Counted from the first letter of the whole stretch, positions 10,572-21,829 are shown. The stretch: DNA of 63,132 nucleotides, filler included, from Rhabdomonas costata (GCA_019059605.1; 54 parts of 54 records of this genome joined end to end with filler, not necessarily neighbours in it), one strand, 5' to 3'. Program-made: numbers and translations. Notes: a model not told the origin generated them from the sequence alone.

Positions 10572-11615
10572 TATGTATTTCTTGGGGGGGGGGCTACGTG
10601 TGGGTCATGCATCCTCGCGTGCACTCTTTCTTGTGTGTACGTGGTTTTTGTTTGTTTGTTTCCAGTTTGTGTTTCAATGCTGTCAACGAATGTTACCACT
10701 ACATACCGACTCTGCGAGTGCTGGGGTATCGAGTGATGAATGCTGTTTGCGGGTGCCTGTGGTGCGCTCAGGTATGGCGGCCGTTTTGTGCTGTCACGGC
10801 CGACGAAGCTAAGGTTTGGTCAGCGCAAGCCTGTGCCCCTAAACTGAGGGGAGTGGCTAGCGCGGAGTGGAGCCCCCGCTGTGCTTGCGTTTTGTTATGT
10901 TACGTTATGTTATCTTTGTGTTCCTGCGCGAGGAGGGGTGCCACAGTTGTTTTGAGCAGTCAAGGTAGCCCAGGTCCCAGGCTGAGCAAGATACTAGCCT
11001 TGGTCCGGGCGGGATCCCCGTGCTCCCTCTCTTCTTTGTAGATGTGCAGAGTGTGGAGGTGGCCCTTCACCAAAATAGAAAAGGGTTTTGTGGTTGGAGC
11101 TCTAACCTTTCTTGCTGTTTTCAATAGAGGTTTTTGTGGAAAGAGGTGAGGCGCCCATTAACTTGGATCGCTTGACCATGCTCTTGCATTTTCTGTGTAC
11201 TACACTCTCCCAGGCCCTGTGTGCTCCGCTGCAGAGCGATGTGGGAGACTTTGTTGTGGTGTGCAGGATCCGGTTGGGGCTTCTGCTTTTTTTCAATGTA
11301 AGCACAGCGGGGGCTCCACTCCGCGCTAGCCACTCCCCTCAGTTTAGGGGCACAGGCTTGCGCTGACCAAACCTTAGCTTCGTCGGCCGTGACAGCACAA
11401 AACGGCCGCCATACCTGAGCGCACCACAGGCACCCGCAAACAGCATTCATCACTCGATACCCCAGCACTCGCAGAGTCGGTATGTAGTGGTAACATTCGT
11501 TGACAGCATTGAAACACAAACTGGAAACAAACACAACAAAAACCACGTACACACAAGAAAGAGTGCACGCGAGGATGCATGACCCACACGTAGCCCCCCC
11601 CCCAAGAAATACATA
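10572..11615. repeat. Inverted duplication, ~315-bp arms (10572-10886 / 11300-11615)
   Basis: Arms identical except one indel in a GTTT tract; same peptides on both strands in the ORF track. Confidence 0.97.
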
Positions 11616-12061
11616 NNNNNNNNNNNNNNNNNNNNNNNNNNNNNNNNNNNNNNNNNNNNTTAATTAATTAANNNNNNNNNNNNNNNNNNNNNNNNNNNNN
11701 NNNNNNNNNNNNNNNGGGTTGTTGTCGGTTTGACTGGTCGCCACGGGGGAACGCGAGAGGAGAAGTTGCAGCGAACGGGACGGGCTCACCGTCGAACGTT
11801 CCACCTCTGGTGTCCCTTTTGCTTACGGTTCCTGGGCATTGGTCCCCATGCCTCGCGTCTTCCTCGTTCTTTCGGCCGCGGCTTGCATGTCTGTCTCAGA
11901 CACAGTAAATGCTTTGCGCGCTTTAAAAAAGCACTTTATCGCGCCGATTCGCCGTTGCAATAGGCAATGGCTTTTTGGGTATATCGAATATTTCGGTTTA
12001 CATGGATTATCGAATAACCAGAGGTCAGACACCAAGCTCCCCTAACCTCCCACGGTACAAC

Positions 12062-12280
12062 TATGGCCCGTTTCATCTCAAAAGTGAGAGTATCCGACAC
12101 AAACATCAAACTGTCAGAACTCCGAGGAAAGATGCACATCAAAATGAATCGTTTCCTTCAGTTGCCTGAAAGCAACCACTGTCAGCAAAAATGTGGGCAA
12201 TTCTTAGAAGAAGGGGTGCTTTTCTGGTTCAAAATCGGCACCCTAGTCACCCACCCGAATTCATCAGGAAAGCCTCTCCG
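12062..12280 (+). mobile_element. MITE-like element, longer copy of the 56714-56988 family (right end not identified)
   Basis: First 56 nt match 56714-56769 with one mismatch; later blocks (actgtcagcaaaaa, ggcacc..cacccNaattcatcaggaaa) are also shared. Confidence 0.75.
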
Positions 12281-13029
12281 CCTTCTCCGCCAAAGGCGCG
12301 ATTTTTTCCGGGTGATTCCGTGATTGTACTGATTTTTTTGAAGCGAATTGTCAATTTTCTAACCGGCTGTTTGATGAGAAGGTAGGTAAAGATAGGGTTT
12401 AAATACAGCCATGTGGTATGTAGTTCTGAGTTTACGGTGTAACGTACTTAGTTCGTGATAGTCTTTAAAGACATCGTTGACGACTGTCCAAAGAACAAAA
12501 ATTGCATTGCAATCAGTGGAGTGGAGGAGAAGGATAGTGAACTTGACGATAATCTTAACTTTGGTGGCAGGGAAATTCCATAACTAATAACCCAAAAAGC
12601 GATGGGTTGAAAGGACCGGTGGCGGCGGCGGCCGCGATGGTGGGCAAACACACACCAGACGCTATTGGGACAGCGCAGCGCCAGGGCAACTTCACAGGTC
12701 TACGGTGGCGGCTACCCCACACTGGACAGCCAGAGCGGCAATTGGGCCCGTGGGCCACAGCGCATGGAAAGGGCAGAGGGGCTAAGGNNNNNNNNNNNNN
12801 NNNNNNNNNNNNNNNNNNNNNNNNNNNNNNNTTAATTAATTAANNNNNNNNNNNNNNNNNNNNNNNNNNNNNNNNNNNNNNNNNNNNGGTTTGTAAAAAA
12901 AAAACCTTGGTTTTTGTGTGATTAGTTTTACAAAAGGCCCACACGTGTTGGCCTTGGCGTTTAATTTCGCTTGGCAAAAGACTGGGCGCCCAACTTACCT
13001 GCCCCATTCCCCGCACACGCGCGGCTCAG

Positions 13030-13172
13030 AATGCAAGTGTTTCAGCTGGAGGAGCAGCTCCGGCGCCAGGAGGCGAAGGAGGAGGTGATGCTCACCCGAA
13101 TGGTCGAGCTGCAAGCCACAGTGAACGCCCTAGCGGACACGCTTCAGGACCTAAACAACCCCAAGGAAGCTG
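13030..13172 (+). CDS. Coiled-coil protein exon
   Basis: TCAG|...G|GTATTT; heptad pattern in MQVFQLEEQLRRQEAKEEVMLTRMVELQATVNALADTLQDLNNPKEA. Confidence 0.65.
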
Positions 13173-13606
13173 GTATTTGCTGTATTTTTCGACATGGACT
13201 TTCATCACGAAAGATTCGGCAAATAGTTAAAGTATCAATTGTAGCATTACAGTAGCGATTTCCAGCTTTTTTATACAGATATACAGCAGTTTCAGTTAGC
13301 TTACCCCAGCAAACAAGAAACTTCAAACAAACCGGTCGCGGTGGTGAAGGGCAGAGAACGCGTCACCCAGAACGGTCTCTAAAGCTGCACGCGACAAAAA
13401 GGCGTGGGCGGCAGACAGGAACGGAGAACGCAGAAGAAACAACAAACAAGAAGCACCAGTAAACAGGCCGTAGTGGTGAAGGGCAAACAACTCGCGTGCA
13501 ACAATCAGGACAAGAAGACGTGGGCGGCAAAAAGGGAACGCAGAACAGAGCACACAATGAGAAAGAAAACGCTGTGAATGCAGGAAGGCTGGATACGCAC
13601 GGTAGT

Positions 13607-13705
13607 TTGTAATTACTGTATTAATTAGAGTATCACAGTACGATAATAAAAAACAGTACCATAATTACTGTATGATTACAGTATTAATTACAGTAATTAC
13701 AGTTG
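13607..13705. repeat. AT-rich mosaic of TAATTAC / ACTGTA / TACAGT units
   Basis: gtaattactgtattaat at the start is complementary to attaattacagtaattac at the end, with one extra base. Confidence 0.7.
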
Positions 13706-14552
13706 TAAGGTCGGTGTCAATTGAAGGCTCAAAAGCTCAAACAGTCATGTTCACTCCTTTCTCACACAGCCGGACCCATGTTGTTCGATGAAAAGGTGTG
13801 CACTTTGCTTCTTTCCTCTTTCGCTTTCATCATCATCACGCTGCTATTTCATTTATCGTTGGTTCGGTCTTTTGCTTTTGGTGTTCTGGGCTGCCGCGCC
13901 TTCCCCCTCCCCCTCTTGTTATGCAATGCAGCTTCGCCAGCACCGAATCGGAATCGAGNNNNNNNNNNNNNNNNNNNNNNNNNNNNNNNNNNNNNNNNNN
14001 NNTTAATTAATTAANNNNNNNNNNNNNNNNNNNNNNNNNNNNNNNNNNNNNNNNNNNNCGATGCGCATCCAATTGTATTGCTCGCACTCGCTGCTGTGAG
14101 GGGGGTTTCCATGTCAAAATCTGCATCGGGCATCGCGGTTTCCGAACAAAGAGAACGAGGTGGTAGCTTTTAGCAGGAGAGGTGCCATGCTCTATTGTCC
14201 GCTTGCTTCGTGTACTGCTCTCACGGTTTTTGTCGATTCTATTAGATGCAAGGCACATTAGTCCGCTCGAAAACTGACTAACTTTCAATGCAACTTTCAG
14301 TTGACTGTGACCTCAAAGGTCGTGAGGAAGCAACCCCCCTCAGGGTCTTCAGAAGTGAGTGCGTGGAAGGACAGAGGCGAGCGTGCTAAGAGCAGTGCAC
14401 TTCCGTGTGACCATGACCGTTTGGCCTTGCCGTGCCCCCCTGTGCGTGCCCGTCGCTGATCTATTTCACCGGACCAGTCTTGAAACTCAGTGTATGCGTT
14501 GACTCCGTTTCAAATGCTCGACAGCCTGCCCTTTGAGAAAGCTGGGATGTCA

Positions 14553-14597
14553 CCCATTCTTTTTCGATCTGTTTTCTTTTCTTTTCTTTTCTTTCAG
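14553..14597 (+). promoter_or_regulatory. Polypyrimidine tract + CAG 70 nt upstream of an ATG; putative spliced-leader trans-splice acceptor or 5'UTR intron acceptor
   Basis: ctgttttcttttcttttcttttctttcag upstream of ATG 14668. Confidence 0.45.
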
Positions 14598-14667
14598 CTT
14601 TTCCCTTTTGCTCTTGTTCTTTGTTACCCTTCTCGCCGTTGCGGTTGTTGGAAAGAGGGAAAGGGAG

Positions 14668-14914
14668 ATGTTCAGTCGGGCCGCGGTTCTACTGAACCGT
14701 CCCTGGACGAGGTTCCACCGTGGTCTCTGGAACAACACCCGCGCCAGGAATGCCCGCAAGCAACTCGCCAGGATCCGCTCCGTGGAGGCTGTGCTAATGG
14801 TGAGCCGACTGCTTTCATCTCTTCTCTCTTCTTTTCCCACTTCCCACTCTTAACTTCGTTAACTTTTCCCGTCCGATTTGGGAGAAGAGCCGCCTTGTCA
14901 AACAGAGTACCTGA
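14668..14914 (+). CDS. Small basic protein (53 aa; exons 14668-14799, 14885-14914), possibly mitochondrial ribosomal mL60/mL63-like
   Basis: MFSRAAVLLNRPWTRFHRGLWNNTRARNARKQLARIRSVEAVLM|GTGAGC, then KSRLVKQST*. Mitochondrial-presequence-like start; family assignment is a weak resemblance. Confidence 0.5.
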
Positions 14915-14928
14915 ACGTTTAAGCAGGC

Positions 14929-15128
14929 TTTGTTGGAAGTTACCACAAGCTACAATTGTTTGGCTGCGAAGTATATGCTGAAGTCCCGCTCTTTGAGAGA
15001 TGAAGTTGAACAGAAGAAGTCCTGGCGTTCCATCTATCCCTTCGCTCCCTCCCTCCCTCCCTAAGTCTCGTGGTGTATGTGTCCCCTTCTCAGCCAAACA
15101 ATTGTAGCTTGTGGTAACTCCCAACAAA
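14929..15128. repeat. Inverted repeat, 43-bp arms (14929-14971 / 15086-15128), 2 mismatches
   Basis: tttgttggaagttaccacaagctacaattgtttggctgcgaag versus its complement at the contig end. Confidence 0.93.
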
Positions 15129-15247
15129 ANNNNNNNNNNNNNNNNNNNNNNNNNNNNNNNNNNNNNNNNNNNNTTAATTAATTAANNNNNNNNNNNNNNN
15201 NNNNNNNNNNNNNNNNNNNNNNNNNNNNNCTGCCACGCAGCCAAACA

Positions 15248-16090
15248 TCAGCCGCGCGCAAGAATTGCTACAGCATCCTTGGACAGCACGGTGGTGATGT
15301 GGAAAGCACCTTCAAGGGGGCCTACAGCACTCTCTGCCCCCCTCCCCGTTTGCGGCTCTCACAGTCATAGCGACTGGCCGTCAGAGAATCACCCAAACCG
15401 AGCCGAGCACCCCTGGGAGCAGAGTCGAAGGGGAACCAAAGCCAAGGTTACTGCTGGGGTGGGGATGGATGCAGCTAAGTCTCGGGGTCTGGCCCACCCC
15501 CACCGCAGACGCAGAAGGTGATGTCCAGCCTGCGGTCGTGGCAGTGCTGGAAGGGCGCGTATGTGGTCAGCTGGGCCCGGCTCATCACAGAGACCTTCAT
15601 CGGGAGGGACTGCACCGCAAGCTCCACCAGGAACCGGCTGTAATTGCTCTGCTGTGTGGTGAACTCCACCCGGAAGTACCTAGGCCAGCACCCCTCACCA
15701 CACCACATCGCACTGGCACTGGCACTGGCGAGCTGGCAGCAACACACACCACAACTGAAATTCAAAATTAACCAGGAAGTAGGGCTGGTTTTTTCAGCTA
15801 AAGCTGTTTGAATTTCAAATGGGTGCATTTTGATGCAGTTTTTGTGCGCAGAGAGACCGTGTGGAGGGGGCCTTCTTCGGCCCCGCGGACGGCGAAGCCC
15901 CTGCCCTGCCCTTCAGCTGCTGCAGGTACTCCGGCATGGCGCTTCGCTTCACGAGGGCCCGGGTGATGGTGGCCAGGCTGAGCTTCCGGCAGCTCGAGGG
16001 CGGGGGCACCCGCCCCAGCTCCGAGTTGATATACTCCAGGAACCTCCGTACGGCGACAACCGCGAGAGCCCCAGACGGGCCTTTGGCTTC
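15248..16090 (-). CDS. Three C-terminal exons (16090-15858, 15679-15504, 15309-15248) of an unknown protein
   Basis: All GT-AG and phase-compatible; ends ...RYFRVEFTTQQSNYSRFLVELAVQSLP...DITFCVCGAFHITTVLSKDAVAILARG*. Confidence 0.75.
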
Positions 16091-17001
16091 CTGGGGAGGC
16101 ATACACAAATGAGAGTTACCCCGGAAGGGCTTGACGTGTCTTTGTAGCGGCTGACTAAAGGACCCTTTAAACCCGTTACAATATCAACGGCAGGGGCAGA
16201 GGAAGAGGAACGCCACCATAAAATATAAAAATACTATCAAGATAACGACAGAACCACGCCGGCGCGGTCGCGGACAGGTTCTGGCTCTCACAACAACANN
16301 NNNNNNNNNNNNNNNNNNNNNNNNNNNNNNNNNNNNNNNNNNTTAATTAATTAANNNNNNNNNNNNNNNNNNNNNNNNNNNNNNNNNNNNNNNNNNNNTG
16401 GTGTGAAGTTGCTGTGCTGCGGACATTCTGGGGAGGCAAGGCCCAACCCGAAGACGCAGGCAGCGGAAAACAACGCTAATAGAAGGCTGAATGGGGTCCT
16501 ACAGGTTGGAGGGAGAAGAATGTCGTGTTCCCATCCGTTTGTTCGTCCCATCGTCAGCTTGACGACATTAGTCTGTCCGATGGACAAATGGCTGTGGATG
16601 CGTCGAAAGGGAAAAAAGAGCTGCGAGGTAGTGTGGCCGTGAGGCCGTGGGCGTAGTGGCGGGTTCCCTTCCGCACTGGATTCGCCTGAGGGCCCGGTGC
16701 AAGCATATATTCGGATATTCAGGGGGTTAGGGAGCGCTGCAAGCGCGGGGGGTAATAGCGTTCACAAGCTACGTAATTGTATTGATCTTCTCCTTGCCAT
16801 CCGTGATCTTCATAAAGCTGTTCGACGAAATGCCTAAATGAAGAGAATACATAGCTTCGGCATTCTCCCCCTCCCCTCGCCCCCCGAGGCCGCGTCCATC
16901 CATAGCATTGCACATCGCAGCCAAGGCGTCTGCACAGCCGCAGTGGCAACTACGGTGACGGAGAATTTTTAGGGGCATGGTCAGAAGAATTTCTGTGAAG
17001 A

Positions 17002-17016
17002 CCCTAACCCTAACCC
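17002..17016 (+). repeat. Short interstitial telomere-like (CCCTAA)n
   Basis: ccctaaccctaaccc. Confidence 0.5.
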
Positions 17017-18111
17017 AAACACCGCCGGACACTTCCACAGGTAACAGAGTCCAGAGAATCGCTGGTTATAAACATCAAGGCATCCAAGCGGCAATCCAAC
17101 CGCCACCCAAGCACCAATTCAACAACAGCGGCCGAGGTTAAGGTGCCCCAGCGGCTGGCGAGGACGATTTTCGAGTGGTTGGAGGCACCTTGACGGCGAC
17201 TACATCAGGTCCTCCCCAGTTGCGGGTGTGCGACGATGCCCACATCTGCGAAAGGTTGAGATTGACTGAATACAAGCAGTAGCAAAGGGTCAGCTTTGCA
17301 AAGGGTTCTCAGAAAAAGTGCTGAAAAAAAAGGTAAAACAAAACAAAACCCAAGACGATGGGGGTGGCAAGTAATTCAAGGCGACCCGCTGTCGTCCTAC
17401 AGAACACACACAACAAGCAGCTCACACCCACCGCTGCAAAAGTCTCACGGCCAAAAAAAACCAACCACANNNNNNNNNNNNNNNNNNNNNNNNNNNNNNN
17501 NNNNNNNNNNNNNTTAATTAATTAANNNNNNNNNNNNNNNNNNNNNNNNNNNNNNNNNNNNNNNNNNNNGGTGGGGTTGTCGAAGAGCCGCCGTAGCCGA
17601 GCAGGAACCCGACGACGGCGCAGCTCACCTGGATATTTGTCATCAACTTCATCGTTGACCTCAGTCTGAGAGATCAGTGGTGGCGACACAGCTGGAGACA
17701 ACTCGACATCTTTTTGTGCCTCTTGTAGTGGTTCGGATATTGGCACCAATGGTGAACACATCGGTGAGCCGTCCGCAAGGGACAAGGTTGGGTTGACGCT
17801 ACCCTCAACAGGGGCGATTGATGACAAAAAGGAGGCCATTGGCGAGAGAAGTTCTGCGGGGTTCTGAGCTTTAGGAGACTGGACCGTCGCCAAAGGCGAC
17901 AGGGAGGAAAAGGATTCCGAGAGCAAAAGATTTCCAGGAGAAGCAGTGGCTGAGGCAGGCAATGGCGTCTGCAGAGATTGTGATCGAAGTAAAGAGGTAG
18001 GCGAAGCTTCAGGCAACGCGAGTTTTCGTCGATCCGACTGATGCGATTCAGATACCTTACCGACGTCTAAATCTCCAGCACCCAAAGAGCCCGCGAAACC
18101 CTCAGGACCAG

Positions 18112-18621
18112 ACATGGACGAGGAGGAGGAGGACAATACCCCGGACGCCATGTACGTCCACAACGACCTACGAGGGTATCCCTTTCCCCTTGTTCTGCGG
18201 CTTTCAGGACCGCAGGGCTGCCCTTCGGGCAACCTTAAGCCCCCACTTGCGTTCAGCATAACTCTTCTATCACCTTCCCTCTTTTTTTTTTGCACGTGCT
18301 TTGAAAAAGGGGTCTTGTTTAGCTGCTTTCTGCGCGAAACTGGTTTGAATCGAAGCAGCTGCTTTGCAGCTCAGGGAACAACAAGTGAGCTTAAAAAACG
18401 GTCAAGCGAATTACACAACGTGGTACATCATGTGTCTGTCTCTCTCCTGTTATGGAGGAATCCCAAGCTCTAGCTGGATTCTTCACTATCCGCCGCTCCC
18501 CGCTCTTCCCTCTTCTCTCACGGCTGCCCACACCCCTGCAGGTGCTCCTACACGTTCAGCTTCAAGGCGGCCTGCCAGTTCCTAAAGGCGAACAACCTGC
18601 TCTCCGTTATTCGTGCCCACG
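18112..18621 (+). CDS. Calcineurin A (PP2B catalytic subunit) exons 18112-18175 and 18542-18621
   Basis: Splices to [35 protein letters not shown], the PP2B HNxxRGCSY...NNLLSIIRAHE signature. Confidence 0.93.
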
Positions 18622-18803
18622 GTGGAAATCCAACCCCCCCNNNNNNNNNNNNNNNNNNNNNNNNNNNNNNNNNNNNNNNNNNNNTTAATTAATTAANNNN
18701 NNNNNNNNNNNNNNNNNNNNNNNNNNNNNNNNNNNNNNNNTTTGTTGGTGGAAATTCTTGCGTTAACTCGGCCAGTTATGGTGTGGTGGGGGTGGGCGCC
18801 CAG

Positions 18804-19671
18804 GCTGAGCGCAGGCGCCCGGAGCAGGTTCTTTGTGGAGTATGCGAGGCTGAGGAGGCGGCGTTTGAGTGCCAGCAGTGCGGCTTTGAGCTATGCCGGG
18901 GTTGCCGCGACACGCAGCACCAGCGCGGCAGGTAAGTCTCCGTGCCGAAGAAGAGGAGGAGGAAGAAGATTCCAGCTTTTTGTGTCATTGAGCTGATGCT
19001 CCTGATTGAGCTGATGCTCCTGATGCTGATGACGTTTTTACGACTGTGGCCTTTCATCTGAAATCTTATTACAGCAGGAGTCATGGAGTGCCTTCATTGG
19101 TTTCGGAATTCTTCCCGATGCCCATCTAAGAGGCTATATCTTTAACTTCTGCAACCTGATGGACTTGCGTTGTGCCTGGTGTTTCGTCGTAAGCCTTCTA
19201 TCACACCAGACAAGGTCAACTCAGTGCCAGGTTCTCGCTAGCGTCGTGTTGCTGTAGGTTCAAGCAGCACAATGTGGTTCCTTTGGGGCAGCTGGAGCGG
19301 GTGCGGCCCAGGCCCTGCCCGGCGCACAAGAAGGACCTGGACCTGTTCTGCACAGAAGACCAGTGCGCCGTGTGCATCTACTGCCTGCAGCTGGGTCCGC
19401 ACACACGTCATCAGGAAAGTGAAGTTCATTTTAATCGGGAGAGGAGCTCCTTTCCTCATTGTGTATTTACGCTTGTGACCTTACGATGCTCCGCATCGTG
19501 GCAAAACCGTGGCGCGTTCCTCCTGGGTTTGCTCAGGTTGTTGCTCTGGAAGACGCTGTGAGCGATGCGAACAAGGAGATCGGCTCCGCGATGGTTGTTG
19601 TTCGTGAGCAGGTCACTGAGCTCCAGGCCGCGGAGACGAAAGCTGATGACATTCTGCCAAAGATAGACCAG
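18804..19671 (+). CDS. Tandem B-box / coiled-coil (TRIM-like) protein, exons 18804-18931, 19258-19414, 19537-19671
   Basis: B-box 1 CGVCEAEEAAFECQQCGFELCRGCRDTQHQRGRFKQHNVVPL; B-box 2 CPAHKKDLDLFCTEDQCAVCIYCLQLGPHTRHQ; then VVALEDAV... coiled coil. Confidence 0.92.
18987..19030 (+). repeat. 18-bp tandem repeat (ATTGAGCTGATGCTCCTG) x ~2.5, intronic
   Basis: Read directly. Confidence 0.85.
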
Positions 19672-19735
19672 GTTTCTCTCTCTCTCTCTCTCTGGCCCTG
19701 CTGGCAGCAATGCGTCAGGATATGCCTTCAAAGTC

Positions 19736-19805
19736 TTGTGTTTCCCATTGCCTGTTTTCCCACTCATTGAGGTATGTTTGGGAAAACAGGCAATGGGAAA
19801 CACAA
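19736..19805. repeat. Perfect 27-bp hairpin (19736-19762 / 19779-19805) at contig end
   Basis: ttgtgtttcccattgcctgttttccca ... tgggaaaacaggcaatgggaaacacaa. Confidence 0.95.
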
Positions 19806-21829
19806 AACCNNNNNNNNNNNNNNNNNNNNNNNNNNNNNNNNNNNNNNNNNNNNTTAATTAATTAANNNNNNNNNNNNNNNNNNNNNNNNNNNNNNNNNNN
19901 NNNNNNNNNATACAGTGGAGAACGTCGCGTGCTCTGTATAAGATCAGTTTAATTGGAAGAAATTATAGGAAAACGTTGATTCAAAAAGATTCAACATATT
20001 ACTGAGGCAAGTCGTGTGTGAAAGAATGTTGACCAACTAGAAAAAGAGATAAAGGCAATAGAGGCGCTCATGTAGACTGGAAAGGTTTGAGTCAAGGAAA
20101 TGAACAAAGGCCTGCCTTAAGGTATTTGAGATTAGATTGCAAAAATAATGGCTTACAATGGTAAAATTAATTGGTGTAAGTGCGCTATTAAAACCCATTT
20201 TTGAAGTCAGAACGGAAAGCATCCATCCCTAACACAGTCAAGAAATCAGAAATGTTGTAAAGTCACTGAAACTCTCCAAGAGTAGAGTGATCGTTGACCC
20301 TATCACTAGAGTTAATCCAGGTCTTGAGCACCCATCAATGCCAATTGTATGTGCCCTGCGGACATTACCGTCCACTGCAGCAGACTTGCGTACACGCCAG
20401 ACCAATGATCCACATAATTATAGAAAAACAGCTTTTAAGCCACAACACTGCAACAACGAGCACAATCAGTAAACAGGATGGTCCATTTTTGATATTTGAG
20501 AGGCAAGAGCTTCCACGTCATCCACACTGGGAGGTACAAACCGGAAACTCTATATCATCCCACTTCTTCCACTTGCCATACTTCTCTAAAAACACCCTCA
20601 GCTTCCCATCACTGCACAAAGCTTCCAAATTTAACAAAGAAAACATTATTTGTAGTAAAAGTAGCAACGCAACATAACCCTATGGTTATTTTTATGGTTT
20701 TTATAGGAGGTAACACAAGACTTGTGGAATGTGATCACTAAAGCTTAAATAGAAAACCTATGAAGTCGCTAGCTTGTGACAGTCAATAGCAATCATGCAT
20801 CCATTAAAATGTTGGCATTTTTCGACGAGTAGTAGAAGAATTGTCGTCATGGAGATGTGGTGAGACATACTCAGAGGCATACCCATGTATTTTGAGATCT
20901 GCATCAGTAGACTTTGCGAGTTAGACAGAGTGGTTGTTAAATGTGCGTTTGCTTCATAAAAACGATATTTGACAACCACANNNNNNNNNNNNNNNNNNNN
21001 NNNNNNNNNNNNNNNNNNNNNNNNTTAATTAATTAANNNNNNNNNNNNNNNNNNNNNNNNNNNNNNNNNNNNNNNNNNNNTTTCCAGAATTCTTGTTGCG
21101 GTTGACTAGGCAGATATTATGATTGAGCAAAAGTCAGTAAACAGCACGTACATAAATTTATTTGCGTCTGAACTCGGAAGACTGGGTTTTATTCCGTAAA
21201 ACTCCGTTTAGCAACCCGGAAGGCAAGGCAAATCTCAAAATCACAGCACCTCTGATAATAAAGGCGCAGAGACCAAAAACCTTTGAAAACTTCCAACTTA
21301 GTAAAGTGTAGCATGGAAGCACGCGTAGAGGCAAGGAGCTGGGAGAAATAATGGAAGTTAAAACGTGGAGGTGTGGGTCAAACCTTGCTTTAATCACGCA
21401 TGTTTAACATTAGCCAGGCCTTATCCAGTGTTCTCGCCGTGACAAAAGGCAGTGCCATCATGTGGCAATGGAAATAACAGGCCGCTGCACGAGAGAGTGT
21501 GGAGCATGAAATCTGCGTAGATGAAAGCGTCATCAAGCAGTTCAAGCCGTACACTTAACAGAGTCAAGTGAGCTTCAGACGCAAATCTCTGCCTCCAAGA
21601 TCAACCTTGAGGCGAGTTTCTCCACATTCACCATTTCCAGTGCGACGCAGGTTCCTGCCACTATTCATGACACCCTCTCCACAGCCTTCTTGTATCTTCT
21701 TCTTGCACACCAACATCTGTCCTACTAGGAACGCCTATACGCAAATGTCCTGCAGTTCGTTCAGTCCCTAGTAACTAATAATGTCGACGGCATCATTTGT
21801 ACTCCGCCTGCACCGAGATTTTTGGAGGG

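Noticed and set aside
10609-10622. HDV-like ribozyme (GCA-TCCTCGCG-TGC matches P3/L3)
   Set aside because: No good P1 and no GG for P1.1 downstream; the nested pseudoknot cannot be built.
10733-10847. Hammerhead ribozyme or box C/D snoRNA
   Set aside because: A three-way junction can be drawn, but the core is CCGACGA/GCAA rather than CUGANGA/GAAA; C and D boxes lack a terminal stem; 10772-10813 reads equally well as a small exon.
15262-15310. WD40 repeat (IATASLDSTVVMW) on the plus strand
   Set aside because: The same bases form the in-phase last exon of the three-exon minus-strand gene.
20760-20980. Harbinger transposase (FNGCMIAIDC resembles FPxCIGAIDC)
   Set aside because: Isolated motif; I could not find the other DDE motifs in any frame.
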